Shown piece by piece: positions 1 to 9,057 of a DNA stretch of 64,000 bases. Position numbers and translations under genes: made by a program. Below the pieces are notes generated by a model. That model was given only the letters and a program-made list of their open reading frames with translations, had not been told where the DNA came from and searched no databases. Source of the stretch: Vampirovibrionales bacterium (GTDB lineage: Bacteria > Cyanobacteriota > Vampirovibrionia > Vampirovibrionales > JAJTHC01); the NCBI GenBank assembly GCA_046080605.1, contig JBJTUH010000088.1:10028-74027 (forward strand), written 5' to 3'. Each line of letters starts with the position of its first letter. The first letter of the stretch is position 1.

Positions 1-494
1 GAGCTTGGTGGTTGTGCTTTGCTTCAGGGTTTTTAAGCATGAAACTAAGTAACGCCTCTAAGGTAACACGTATCACACGTTTGGATACAGAGCTGTGCCA
101 CCAAAAGCTAAAAAACAAAGGAAGTATGCAGTTTATTCTAAGTTACTATTATCTTTCAAAAACACGATGAGGGCAAGTGAGAAAGCACTGTGATGGTAAC
201 TTTAAAAAAGGCTTATTCTTAACGTATAAAACAATACTTTATTTTGGCGTGTGAATTAAAAGTATTCATAGATGAAAAGGGTAAAGTTCTCGGCTAAATG
301 GTCGAACTCTTAAAGGATGTCCTTCCTTTGTTTCATTGGCTCGTGGTATGAGACGATGTAGTCAAGAGTGTTCATGTCGCATGATACCCAATCATTCGAT
401 AAGCGTTTGAATGGAGCGATGCCTAATGAGTATGCATGAATTCTAGGGCATCTTGTCGTCACACTACCCCCTCTAGGATGGAGGCTTGAATCTC

Positions 495-2249
495 ATGATG
501 ATGGTTAGCGGATTAGGCAGTTTTGATTATCAAAGCTATGTCTCTCAAGTTATTGAGAATCAACGTGCTACACGTTCCTCATTGTACACCACCAGTAATA
601 CAAGGATAGGACGGCAAACAACCCAAATCAATACGCTTTCCACACGTGCAAATACCTTGCTTACCAGTGTTAAAAAGTTTTTTCCTTCTGTACTAGACAC
701 CAGTAATGTTTACAGTAGCTATAGTGCTTCGCAGACATTAACAGGGGGTGTCACAAACGCTGTGGCTAGTGATTATTTAACCGTAACGACTGATACCAAT
801 GCGACCACTCAAAACCTGAGTATCAAAGTAAATCGCCTTGCAACGAATACTCGTGCAACCAGTACCACAGATGTAGGACAAACCCTTCAAACGTCAACCC
901 TTGTAAGTGACTTAGGTATTAGCACAGGCAATTTTACGGTGTTTAGAAATGGGGTCGCCAATACTATTGCCGTTAATACTGGGGATACGATTCAAGATGT
1001 TTTGACACGCATTCAGGGGATTGCTGGTGTGAGCAGTACGGGGGTAAGTGGTGGGAAACTGAACATTGCGTTTGACAATACACAAACCATGCAGTTAGGG
1101 AGTACGGGTGATACCAGTAATTTTTTAAGTAAGACACAGCTTTTAACGGCAGTAAGTACCTCAGGGACTCCTGATAATACCTTAACCAGTGGTAGTACGG
1201 TAAGCTTACTGAACCTGAACGGCGATATGACTAATGCGACGGGGGCAAAGCTACAGACTACTGTGACCGCTGGGAGTACTTTTAAAATAGGGAGTGCTAC
1301 TTTTACGGTCAATGCTGGCGATAGTTTAAATAGTATTATCAGTCAAATTAATGGTTCAACCGCCGATGGTGTGACTGCGTCATTCAATACCAGTACTAAC
1401 CGTCTTGAGTTGACTAGCACCACGACAGGACAAAATGCTATTTTTCTTGAAGATACTTCGGGCAATTTTCTTCAAGCCATGGGGCTTCTCAGTGGGGGCA
1501 ATAGTTTAGCATCACAAACTTTAGGACAGAATGCCAGTGTTGAAATTAATGGTCAAACCTATTTAAGCACTTCTAATACGGTGAACTCAAGTACCACAGG
1601 TTTAACAGGGGTTACGTTAAACCTCAAGCAAGTCACTACAACGGGTGCGACCATTAATAGTGTGATAGCCCCAGATAGTACGAATCTTAAAAATGCCTTT
1701 AAGGACTTGGTCACTCGATTTAATGAGTATGTGAGTGCCAGTGATTTACAAACAGGCAAAGATGGTGTATTAAATGATATTTCAGGGTTCCGACGTTTGC
1801 GGAATAGTTTACGCAGTCAAATTGCAGACCGTAATGGGAGTGCCACTGTTTATAACAGTTTAACCCAAATTGGTTTAGGGACAGGTGCTGCTACTGGTGC
1901 GGCTGTGACAGGTGGTACGGTATTGCCCTTACAGTTTAACGAGTCTACGTTTGATGCTGCCTACAGTGCAAACCCAACTGAGGTGACCAATACCATTAAG
2001 GCAATCATGGGAACGTTACGAGACACACTTCAAAATGCTGTAGCCCCTACCTCGGGTACACAAAAAGGATTGTTTCAGGGTGCGAATGATAGTTTGGGTA
2101 CCCGTAAGAAAAATAATGATGATAAACTAAAGCGTATTACGGATCAATTAGAAAAAGAGAGAAGTAATATGCTCCGCCGCTTTGAGGCAATGCAAAAAGC
2201 GATTCAGCAGGTACAATCTCAGTCAGGGCAACTGTCTTCCGTTAGGTAG
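495..2249 (+). CDS. fliD: Flagellar hook-associated protein 2 / filament cap FliD
   Basis: N-terminus ...MMMVSGLGSFDYQSYVSQVIENQRATRSSLYTTSNTRIGRQTT... and a coiled-coil C-terminus (ITDQLEKERSNMLRRFEAMQKAIQQVQ) match the FliD pattern. The middle is Thr/Ser/Asn/Gly-rich. The track starts at a TTG at 486, only 1 nt after the GGAGG at 480-484; the ATG at 495 has better spacing. Confidence 0.65.
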   Translation: MMMVSGLGSFDYQSYVSQVIENQRATRSSLYTTSNTRIGRQTTQINTLSTRANTLLTSVKKFFPSVLDTSNVYSSYSASQTLTGGVTNAVASDYLTVTTDTNATTQNLSIKVNRLATNTRATSTTDVGQTLQTSTLVSDLGISTGNFTVFRNGVANTIAVNTGDTIQDVLTRIQGIAGVSSTGVSGGKLNIAFDNTQTMQLGSTGDTSNFLSKTQLLTAVSTSGTPDNTLTSGSTVSLLNLNGDMTNATGAKLQTTVTAGSTFKIGSATFTVNAGDSLNSIISQINGSTADGVTASFNTSTNRLELTSTTTGQNAIFLEDTSGNFLQAMGLLSGGNSLASQTLGQNASVEINGQTYLSTSNTVNSSTTGLTGVTLNLKQVTTTGATINSVIAPDSTNLKNAFKDLVTRFNEYVSASDLQTGKDGVLNDISGFRRLRNSLRSQIADRNGSATVYNSLTQIGLGTGAATGAAVTGGTVLPLQFNESTFDAAYSANPTEVTNTIKAIMGTLRDTLQNAVAPTSGTQKGLFQGANDSLGTRKKNNDDKLKRITDQLEKERSNMLRRFEAMQKAIQQVQSQSGQLSSVR

Positions 2250-2379
2250 GTTCATCTTAAGGCGTGGACTTTGCTATTTCATGCACTGTGTGGCATGATG
2301 GTGCCGTGGGTTTAGTACTCCTCATGACTTACGTCACGTAGTGTGTTAAAAAGTGTAACGCTCAGGGTATGTCTGCATC

Positions 2380-2691
2380 ATGAGATTAGATAAGTTTTTA
2401 AAGTGTGTGCGTGTGATTAAGCGTCGCACCGTTGCGAATGAGTTATGTGACCTTGGGCTTGTAAGCCTGAATGGTAAAGTAGCTCGTGCCTCTGCTGAAG
2501 TGCGTGTGGGTGATATCATTGAAGGACGTATTGTAAACCGTCGCTTCAAGCTTCAAGTTATTGAGGTGCCTAAGCATGAGCTACCCTCTGCCAAAATCCC
2601 TCTTTATGTTCAGGTAGAAACCTACTATCAGGCTACGCTTGAGGGTTCTTCTGTCAGCCCAGAAGCCTTGCTGGAGGATGGTGAACGGTAA
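2380..2691 (+). CDS. S4-domain RNA-binding protein (Hsp15/YlmH-like)
   Basis: MRLDKFLKCVRVIKRRTVANELCDLGLVSLNGKVARASAEVRVGDII fits the S4 RNA-binding fold pattern (RLDKxL ... VNG ... GD). Confidence 0.55.
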   Translation: MRLDKFLKCVRVIKRRTVANELCDLGLVSLNGKVARASAEVRVGDIIEGRIVNRRFKLQVIEVPKHELPSAKIPLYVQVETYYQATLEGSSVSPEALLEDGER

Positions 2692-2806
2692 ACAAGGTTT
2701 ATGTCATTGCAAGATATTGCAATTTTTTCTTGAGTATTTCATACTATACAATACAGTGATTTAGCTTGTTGTCGTAACACTAAATGCACTTCCACTTTAT
2801 GAAAGT

Positions 2807-2883
2807 GGCGGGTATCGCCAAGTGGTTAAGGCCTCGGGTTGTGGTTCCGATATACGCGGGTTCGAATCCCGTTACCCGCCCCA
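2807..2883 (+). tRNA. tRNA-His: tRNA-His (anticodon GTG), with encoded G-1 and CCA
   Basis: The cloverleaf was read directly. Acceptor stem GCGGGTA pairs with TACCCGC. D-arm is GCC...GGC. Anticodon stem TCGGG/TCCGA carries loop TTGTGGT, giving anticodon GTG. T-arm is GCGGG-TTCGAAT-CCCGT. Discriminator is C, followed by CCA. An extra 5' G at 2807 is typical of tRNA-His. Confidence 0.9.
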
Positions 2884-2888
2884 TTTTA

Positions 2889-2930
2889 AAACCTCTCTCC
2901 TTATACCTTGGATGAGAGGTTTTTTATTGT
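2889..2930 (+). terminator. Rho-independent terminator downstream of tRNA-His
   Basis: Hairpin ACCTCTC...GAGAGGT is followed by TTTTTATTGTTTGTTTT. Confidence 0.5.
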
Positions 2931-2990
2931 TTGTTTTCGTGAGCCAGTACGGTTGTATCAGTCAACGTTAAATCATCAAGGGTATTTATC

Positions 2991-3911
2991 ATGGCTTCTC
3001 ATTCTTCTCCTGCTCATTCTGTTGCTCATGTAATGCCTGAAGGAACACGTATTCCTGTTGTGATTTTAGGAGCGTGCGGTCGTATGGGGCGGGAAGCGGT
3101 CAAAACAATGCTTCTCCATGAGGAGAGGTTTCATTTGGTAGGTCTTTTTGACCGAAATAAAAAGGGAGCCTGTGCGGGAGAAGTGGCTGGCATGCCCGAT
3201 CATCCTAGTCCTGTGACGGTACAGTATGACTTGGCTGAGGTCTTGCAGTGGGCAAAAGAGCAGTCTAAACTCCCTCGGCAGTCTTTTGTGGTAGTAGATT
3301 TAACCGTAGGCTCTAGTACCCGTGAGCATATTACGACCGTGGCTCAAGCAGGTGGATTACCTGTGATTGGTGCAACTGGTTTCACCCCTGAGGATATTGC
3401 CTCGATGGATACACTTTTGAAAACCTATGGGTTAGAGGGTGCCTTGATTCCAAACTTCTCCATAGGGGCGGTACTGTTAATGCAGTTTGCCCAAAAGGCG
3501 AGTACCTATTTTAGCCATAGTGAGTTAATTGAATACCATCACAACCAAAAGCTTGATGCTCCTAGTGGTACCGCAGTACGTACTGCGACCTTAATGGAGG
3601 AAGCACGCCAGACGTTTGCTGTGACCAATATTACAGACCATGAAACCATGGCAGGTGCGAGAGGCTGTGAAACGCAAGGAAAATTACGCATTCATAGTGT
3701 CCGCTTACCAGGGTTAGTGGCACATCAAGAGGTTCTTTTTGGTGCTCAAGGTGAGCTTTTAACCCTGCGTCATGATAGTTTTGACCGAGCGTGCTTTATG
3801 CCAGGTGTCAGACAGGTTGCCCAAAGCCTTGCCGCCCATCTTTATGCTTCTGCCTCAAGCTATCAGTTACAGTATGCAGGTTTAACCATTGGGCTTGAGC
3901 ATTACCTGTAA
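2991..3911 (+). CDS. dapB: 4-hydroxy-tetrahydrodipicolinate reductase
   Basis: N-terminal Rossmann motif IPVVILGACGRMGREAVK, DapB-like length (306 aa) and the C-terminal region match DapB. Confidence 0.75.
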   Translation: MASHSSPAHSVAHVMPEGTRIPVVILGACGRMGREAVKTMLLHEERFHLVGLFDRNKKGACAGEVAGMPDHPSPVTVQYDLAEVLQWAKEQSKLPRQSFVVVDLTVGSSTREHITTVAQAGGLPVIGATGFTPEDIASMDTLLKTYGLEGALIPNFSIGAVLLMQFAQKASTYFSHSELIEYHHNQKLDAPSGTAVRTATLMEEARQTFAVTNITDHETMAGARGCETQGKLRIHSVRLPGLVAHQEVLFGAQGELLTLRHDSFDRACFMPGVRQVAQSLAAHLYASASSYQLQYAGLTIGLEHYL

Positions 3912-3925
3912 TGAAGTAAAAGCAC

Positions 3926-3961
3926 AAAAAAAAACCTACATGTGAGAGACACTTGTAGGTT
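3926..3961 (-). terminator. Hairpin with a U-tract on the minus strand (possibly bidirectional)
   Basis: A9 run followed by AACCTACA...TGTAGGTT inverted repeat. Read on the minus strand this is a stem-loop followed by T9, i.e. a canonical intrinsic terminator for a leftward transcript. On the plus strand it lies 15 nt after the dapB stop with only a weak U-tract. Confidence 0.4.
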
Positions 3962-4869
3962 GGGGTTATTCAACAGTAAATCTTTATTTAACGAGGTGTA
4001 TCTGTCAAAACGCAGTACCCTGAAACATATGCTTGTGTGAAACTTCAAACAGAAGTTTTAGACACACTATGAAAGAAAATTTTTGAGCAGTACAGACAGA
4101 GAGAGGAAAGCACTTATATTTAAAGCTTAGGGTAAGTATAACACATAGGGTAGGAAATAACAATAGTCTAATAAACAATTATTTTTTTAAGTTTAGAATA
4201 TCGTGGATACTATTAGTTGTGGACAAGTTTAGAAAATGCACGAGAGAAAAACCCTTGTTCAGTACCATCATTGCGGTATCCTTTTGAGGCTGCTTCAGCA
4301 CTGCCAAAACGCAATGAGAAGGTGTCACCATGTGCATTGCGTGCAACTACGGCGTGTGTACTACGCTCAGGGAAAGGAACTGCCACCACACTGTGGGGAA
4401 AATAACGAGCTTGAGAAGAGGCTAAAGCAGGAGCTTGGCATTTGAAGGGAGAGGAAACCGACTGAATATTCATGGTGTGAGAAGCCTTTTAGTAAATAGT
4501 GGTGTAAGGTAGTGCGTGTGTTACAAGCGGTGATGTAGGAAAGAAAGTAACTTTATTATGTGTTTCTTTAACACTTTCTATAATGTATTCTATACACTAT
4601 ACCTAAGTGTGTCAATATACACAAAGGTATCTCTTTCAATATTTACTTTTTCTTTATATTGAGATATTTCTCTCATGAGGGCGAAACATGACCGTATTCA
4701 GAGGGTTTAGCTCATATGGCTATGGGAGGTTAGTCTGTTGGCACTTGAGTGTTTGATGAGGAAGGACGAACTTTCAAACGGAGTAGGGTGATGGTATGTG
4801 TGGAGCCATTGTGTGTATTAGGCTTCATGGTGTTATGTACTTTAATCTCTTGAAAGCTCTTTACATCTC

Positions 4870-5604
4870 ATGATGGTGCTTTACGCTCATAAACAAGTGC
4901 ATCATATGGGGGACGATTCTACGAATGTCTCTCGGACTTATACCATGCCATCTGCTTCTCGTTCAAGAGCGTATGTATGGCAAGCTTGGGGCTATGTAGG
5001 GTGGATACGCCAGCGTGTGGCACAGCTATTGGGCTGGATAGGATTAGGGTTATTGGGTGTGGGTGTGTTTACATTAGGTCATACAGCTTGGAGGATGATG
5101 GTAACATTTCCGCCTTTATCTTCTCAATCATCACTGACTCACCCCTATCCTCAAGCGAGTTCTGATGGTGTAACTGAGACATCGACACCTAGCTTCTGGG
5201 CATCTTGGGGGTCTCAGGCATGGGCTGCTAATCCTAAAAAGAAATCAAAAGAAGACATTGATAAACAACTTGACGATTACCATAAAACATTGAAAGTCCT
5301 TGAGCAACGTATTGCGGAGCATTCCTTTTTTACAGGAGAAGACCAATACCATTTAATGGAACTCATTCCTCTTCTGAAAGCACTCCCAGATGAGCTTGGC
5401 ACTGATGAACCCAGAGTCCCTTTATTGCTTTATCGACTGGTGCAGGTGTTAAAGGCACGTGATGAGGCTTTGGAAGCGTGGGAGTGTCTTGAAGTCCTTG
5501 CGACAAAATATCCCAAGTCCTCTATGCTCAAGCGATACCAGTATGAGCAAAAGAAGCTTGAATCTCAAATGAAAGACCCTCTTGTGCCATCAAGTTTAAG
5601 GTAG
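4870..5604 (+). CDS. Hypothetical membrane-anchored protein with a helical (TPR-like) C-terminal region
   Basis: Single predicted TM segment (LLGWIGLGLLGVGVFTLGHTAW) and an alpha-helical C-terminus. No recognisable catalytic motif. The start is uncertain. Confidence 0.35.
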   Translation: MMVLYAHKQVHHMGDDSTNVSRTYTMPSASRSRAYVWQAWGYVGWIRQRVAQLLGWIGLGLLGVGVFTLGHTAWRMMVTFPPLSSQSSLTHPYPQASSDGVTETSTPSFWASWGSQAWAANPKKKSKEDIDKQLDDYHKTLKVLEQRIAEHSFFTGEDQYHLMELIPLLKALPDELGTDEPRVPLLLYRLVQVLKARDEALEAWECLEVLATKYPKSSMLKRYQYEQKKLESQMKDPLVPSSLR

Positions 5605-5632
5605 CGACTTGGAACAAATTAGAAATAAAATA

Positions 5633-5705
5633 TGCCACCAGCCGGAATCGAACCAGCGACACGGGGATTTTCAGTCCCCTGCTCTACCGACTGAGCTATG
5701 GTGGC
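5633..5705 (-). tRNA. tRNA-Phe: tRNA-Phe (anticodon GAA)
   Basis: Minus-strand reading: GCCACCA-TA-GCTCAGTCGGTAGAGC-A-GGGGA-CTGAAAA-TCCCC-GTGTC-GCTGG-TTCGATT-CCGGC-TGGTGGC-A. Anticodon is GAA. CCA is not encoded. Confidence 0.9.
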
Positions 5706-6176
5706 ATATTTGTTTTTTGATAAGTTACTTCAGTGAACGCATTGTATCAATCAGGCTTTTTAGTATGAAGCATTTTTGATTTAATGAACTTTGTAACACC
5801 TTTTATTAACTCAAGAATATACCCCCGTGTCAATGTTTCTCTTAAAACTCTTTATATCTTTCACAGGTATGAAGTATCTTTGCCAAGACGCTCGTGTATC
5901 TAGGCTAAAAGTTTGTTAATCCTACTTGCAAACTTTAGGAAAGGTCGTACACACTATGAGTAGTAAGTATGCGTATGGCGGTTTAAAACGCTACGCATGC
6001 CTTCATAAACAACGTTACCATCAATCAGAGGCTATGAGGTACGTTGTTTGCATAGGATATTCTGAAACCTGTTTGGTCAGTTTGATATTGTACGAAGTCA
6101 CTCTTCTTGTGTGTGGTATGTACTTGTTCGTTGTTGGCATCCATCAAGCTTTTTGCTTGCGTTTGGTTGACCGTTT

Positions 6177-8972
6177 ATGAAAGAAGAAGGTAATGCGATG
6201 ATTTACACTGCTTATAATACCTATAATCCTTATGTGGTAGACCCTGCCCATGACGTATTTCGGTATGAACCACGAAGCTTGGATGCTATTTTCTCTCCTA
6301 AATCAGTGGCAGTGATTGGTGCGACCGAAAAACACGGGAGTGTTGGAAGAACCATTTTATGGAATTTGATTACGAGTAATTTCAATGGGGTGGTTTTTCC
6401 TGTAAACCCCACTCGTAAGAGTGTGCTAGGCATTGCGGCGTATCCTAGCATTCAAGATGTACCAGAAAAAGTAGACCTTGCCGTGATTGTGACCCCTGCC
6501 CCTAAAGTGCCAGGCGTGATTCGTGAATGTGCTGCACAAGGGATTCCAGGTGCTATTATTATTTCTGCAGGCTTTAAGGAAGTAGGTCCTGAAGGGGTTG
6601 CGCTTGAGCAAGAAATTTTAGACATTGCACAACGCTCAGGCATGCGTATTGTAGGTCCCAACTGTTTGGGTGTCATGAATGCACGCAAAGGCTTGAATGC
6701 GACCTTTGCGAAGGGAATGGCCCGCCCTGGCGATGTTGCGTTTATTAGTCAGAGTGGGGCTTTGTGTACGGCGGTGCTTGACTGGAGCTATCAAGCCAAT
6801 GTGGGCTTCAGTATGTTTGTGAGCGTCGGTTCGATGTTAGATGTTGATTGGGGCGATCTGATTTATTACTTAGGAGATGACCCTAACACCAAGAGCATTG
6901 TCTTGTATATGGAAACCATCGGGGATGCACGTTCGTTTCTTTCTGCCGCACGGGAAGTGGCTCGGATTAAACCCATTGTGGTTATTAAACCTGGTAGGAC
7001 AGAAGGTGCTGCGAAAGCGGCAGCAAGCCATACGGGGTCATTGACAGGGAGCGATGACGTTCTGGATGCCGCCTTCAAGCGTTGTGGTGTATTACGTGTG
7101 GATAGTATTGAAGAAGTGTTTGCGATGGCGGATGTGTTAGACAAACAGCCTTTACCCAAAGGACCCCGTTTAACCATTGTCACAAACGCTGGTGGACCTG
7201 CCGTGCTTGCCACGGATGCGTTATTAACTTCAGGCGGACAGCTGACTGAAATTTCTGAAGAAGCGATTGCCTCTTTGAATGAAACCCTCCCCAGTGCCTG
7301 GAGCCATAGTAACCCCATTGATGTGTTAGGGGATGCGGATGCTTCACGCTATGCACGCTCATTGGAAATTGCAGCTCAAGACGAAAACAGTGATGGCATG
7401 TTAGTCATTTTAACCCCTCAAGCCATGACGGAGTCCACGGAAACAGCACAACTCCTTGCACAATACGCTAAGAAGTATGATAAACCTATTCTTGCCAGCT
7501 GGATGGGCGGGCAAGATGTGGCGGTAGGATCTCAATTACTGAATCAAGCGGGGATTCCTGTATTTGCTTACCCCGATGCGGCAGCACGAGCCTTTTCCAG
7601 AATGTGGCAATACGCCGACCATTTGGGAGGACTCTATGAAACCCCTCAGCTCTCTTCAGTCTCAGATGAAGCAGCACGCCACAAGCAAGAGGTGTGTGAG
7701 GGACTCTTACAAAGCGTTTTGGCAGAGGGACGTACCCTTTTAACCGAATGGGAGTCTAAGAAGCTCCTTGCCCATTATGGTATTCCTACCGTACTCACGG
7801 AGCTTGCCTTGAGCCGAGAAAAAGCCCTAGAAGCGGCCAATGCCATGGGGTATCCTGTGGTTCTCAAGCTCCATTCTGAGACTATTACCCATAAAACCGA
7901 TGTGGGTGGCGTGAAGCTCAACCTGCAAACCCCTGACCATGTACTTGAAGCCTATGACACCATTGTAAAAAATGTGACGGAAAAAGTAGGCTTTGAACAT
8001 TTCCAAGGGGTCACGGTGCAACAAATGGTCAAGCTCTCCGAGGGCTATGAACTGATTTTAGGGGCAAGCCAAGACCCTCAGTTTGGGTCCGTGGTACTTT
8101 GTGGTACGGGTGGACAGCTGGTGGAGGTGTATCATGATAGCGTGTTGGAGTTGCCTCCTTTAAATAATAAGTTGGCTCGTCGGATGATGTCTAAGACACG
8201 CATTTTTAAAGCTTTACAGGGTGTACGTGGGCGTGACCCAGTAGACCTAAACGCTTTAGATGAACTTTTGGTACGGTTTAGTCAACTTGTGGTGGAACAG
8301 CCTCGAATTAAAGAAATTGATATTAACCCTTTAATGGCATCGCCTTCAGGGCTGATTGCACTTGATGCTAGGGTGGTATTATTTTCAGATGCAGCGTTTG
8401 ACGATGCAACCCCAGTTCAGGCGATTCGTCCTTACCCTAGCCAGTACACAACCGAGGGAAGTACAAAACGAGGAGAACCCTTGACCATACGTCCTATTAA
8501 GCCTGAAGATGAACCCTTGGCAAAACATTTTCATCTGAATCTTTCTGAACGGAGTGTGTACTTACGTTATATGCAGTCCATGCCCTTACAGGAGCGTCTA
8601 CAGCATGAACGGTTAAGTCGCTTGTGTTTTATTGACTATGACCGTGAGATTGCTTTAATTGCTCTTACGCCTGATGATGCCTTACCCCAAGGTGAGAAAA
8701 TGATTGGGGTAGGACGCTTGAGTAAGGAGCATGGTAGCGATGCAACGGGGACGTTCCGTATTCTTGTGTCTGACCCTTATCAAGGTCAGGGTGTGGGTGC
8801 CAGGCTGGTGAAGGAAGTGATTGCCGTGGCACGTGCTGAGGGCTTATCGTTACTGTGTGGACAGATTTTGAATGAAAATCGTGAAATGCAGGCGATTTGT
8901 GAAAAACTAGGGTTTACCTTGAAGCCTATGGCAAAATATGCCGACCGCTTGCTTGCAACGCTGACCCTTTAA
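6177..8972 (+). CDS. Pat/YfiQ-type protein lysine acetyltransferase (NDP-forming acyl-CoA synthetase-like domains plus C-terminal GNAT)
   Basis: 931 aa. CoA-binding region [21 protein letters not shown], succinyl-CoA-synthetase-like and ATP-grasp segments, and a C-terminal GNAT ([18 protein letters not shown]). An alternative start is at 6198 (MIYTAY...), preceded by AAGGT. Confidence 0.7.
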   Translation: MKEEGNAMIYTAYNTYNPYVVDPAHDVFRYEPRSLDAIFSPKSVAVIGATEKHGSVGRTILWNLITSNFNGVVFPVNPTRKSVLGIAAYPSIQDVPEKVDLAVIVTPAPKVPGVIRECAAQGIPGAIIISAGFKEVGPEGVALEQEILDIAQRSGMRIVGPNCLGVMNARKGLNATFAKGMARPGDVAFISQSGALCTAVLDWSYQANVGFSMFVSVGSMLDVDWGDLIYYLGDDPNTKSIVLYMETIGDARSFLSAAREVARIKPIVVIKPGRTEGAAKAAASHTGSLTGSDDVLDAAFKRCGVLRVDSIEEVFAMADVLDKQPLPKGPRLTIVTNAGGPAVLATDALLTSGGQLTEISEEAIASLNETLPSAWSHSNPIDVLGDADASRYARSLEIAAQDENSDGMLVILTPQAMTESTETAQLLAQYAKKYDKPILASWMGGQDVAVGSQLLNQAGIPVFAYPDAAARAFSRMWQYADHLGGLYETPQLSSVSDEAARHKQEVCEGLLQSVLAEGRTLLTEWESKKLLAHYGIPTVLTELALSREKALEAANAMGYPVVLKLHSETITHKTDVGGVKLNLQTPDHVLEAYDTIVKNVTEKVGFEHFQGVTVQQMVKLSEGYELILGASQDPQFGSVVLCGTGGQLVEVYHDSVLELPPLNNKLARRMMSKTRIFKALQGVRGRDPVDLNALDELLVRFSQLVVEQPRIKEIDINPLMASPSGLIALDARVVLFSDAAFDDATPVQAIRPYPSQYTTEGSTKRGEPLTIRPIKPEDEPLAKHFHLNLSERSVYLRYMQSMPLQERLQHERLSRLCFIDYDREIALIALTPDDALPQGEKMIGVGRLSKEHGSDATGTFRILVSDPYQGQGVGARLVKEVIAVARAEGLSLLCGQILNENREMQAICEKLGFTLKPMAKYADRLLATLTL

Positions 8973-9000
8973 ACGCCTGACATAGAGCATCTTGTACCTT

Positions 9001-9035
9001 CACGCCCTCTTCTCGTTTATCGAGAAGGGGGCGTG
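9001..9035. terminator. 15-bp stem hairpin between convergent genes
   Basis: CACGCCCTCTTCTCG-tttat-CGAGAAGGGGGCGTG with one mismatch. No clear U-tract on either side. Confidence 0.3.
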
Positions 9036-9057
9036 GCTTAGAGGAGTCTTTGATTGT

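Noticed and set aside
1013-1759. Antisense ORFs inside fliD (99 aa and 66 aa). Similar antisense or embedded small ORFs lie inside Pat, ligA, infB and others in the track
   Set aside because: They lie wholly within confidently identified genes on the opposite strand or in other frames. Typical spurious ORFs.
4261-4330. Minus-strand GAAGCAGCC resembling the SRP (4.5S) RNA domain IV motif GGAAGCAGCCA
   Set aside because: Only a 9-nt match. The surrounding sequence does not reproduce the conserved asymmetric and symmetric loop context or a GNRA tetraloop. Not enough to call an SRP RNA.
4213-4473. Three overlapping small ORFs (86, 62, 69 aa) on both strands
   Set aside because: Mutually overlapping in different frames and strands within a GC-rich patch. 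No SD/start context. More consistent with noncoding structured sequence than with genes.
4660-4790. Hammerhead-ribozyme-like strings (TGATGAG ... CGAAC and CATGAGGGCGAAACATG), and a tRNA-like fragment GGGTTTAGCTCATATGGCTATGGGAGG
   Set aside because: The spacer between GAUGAG and CGAA (GAAGGA) cannot form stem II. The flanking helices I and III are absent. The tRNA-like piece has a D-arm-like start but no anticodon or T arm. Likely chance matches in an AT-rich leader.
3912-4869. Searched the large gaps for RNase P RNA, tmRNA (ssrA) and 6S RNA, including 50836..51027 next to smpB
   Set aside because: Hallmark strings are absent on both strands: GGAAAGUCCGGGC and ACAGAACCCGGCUUA for RNase P; GGGGCUGAUUCUGGAUUCGAC and the tRNA-like 3' end for tmRNA.
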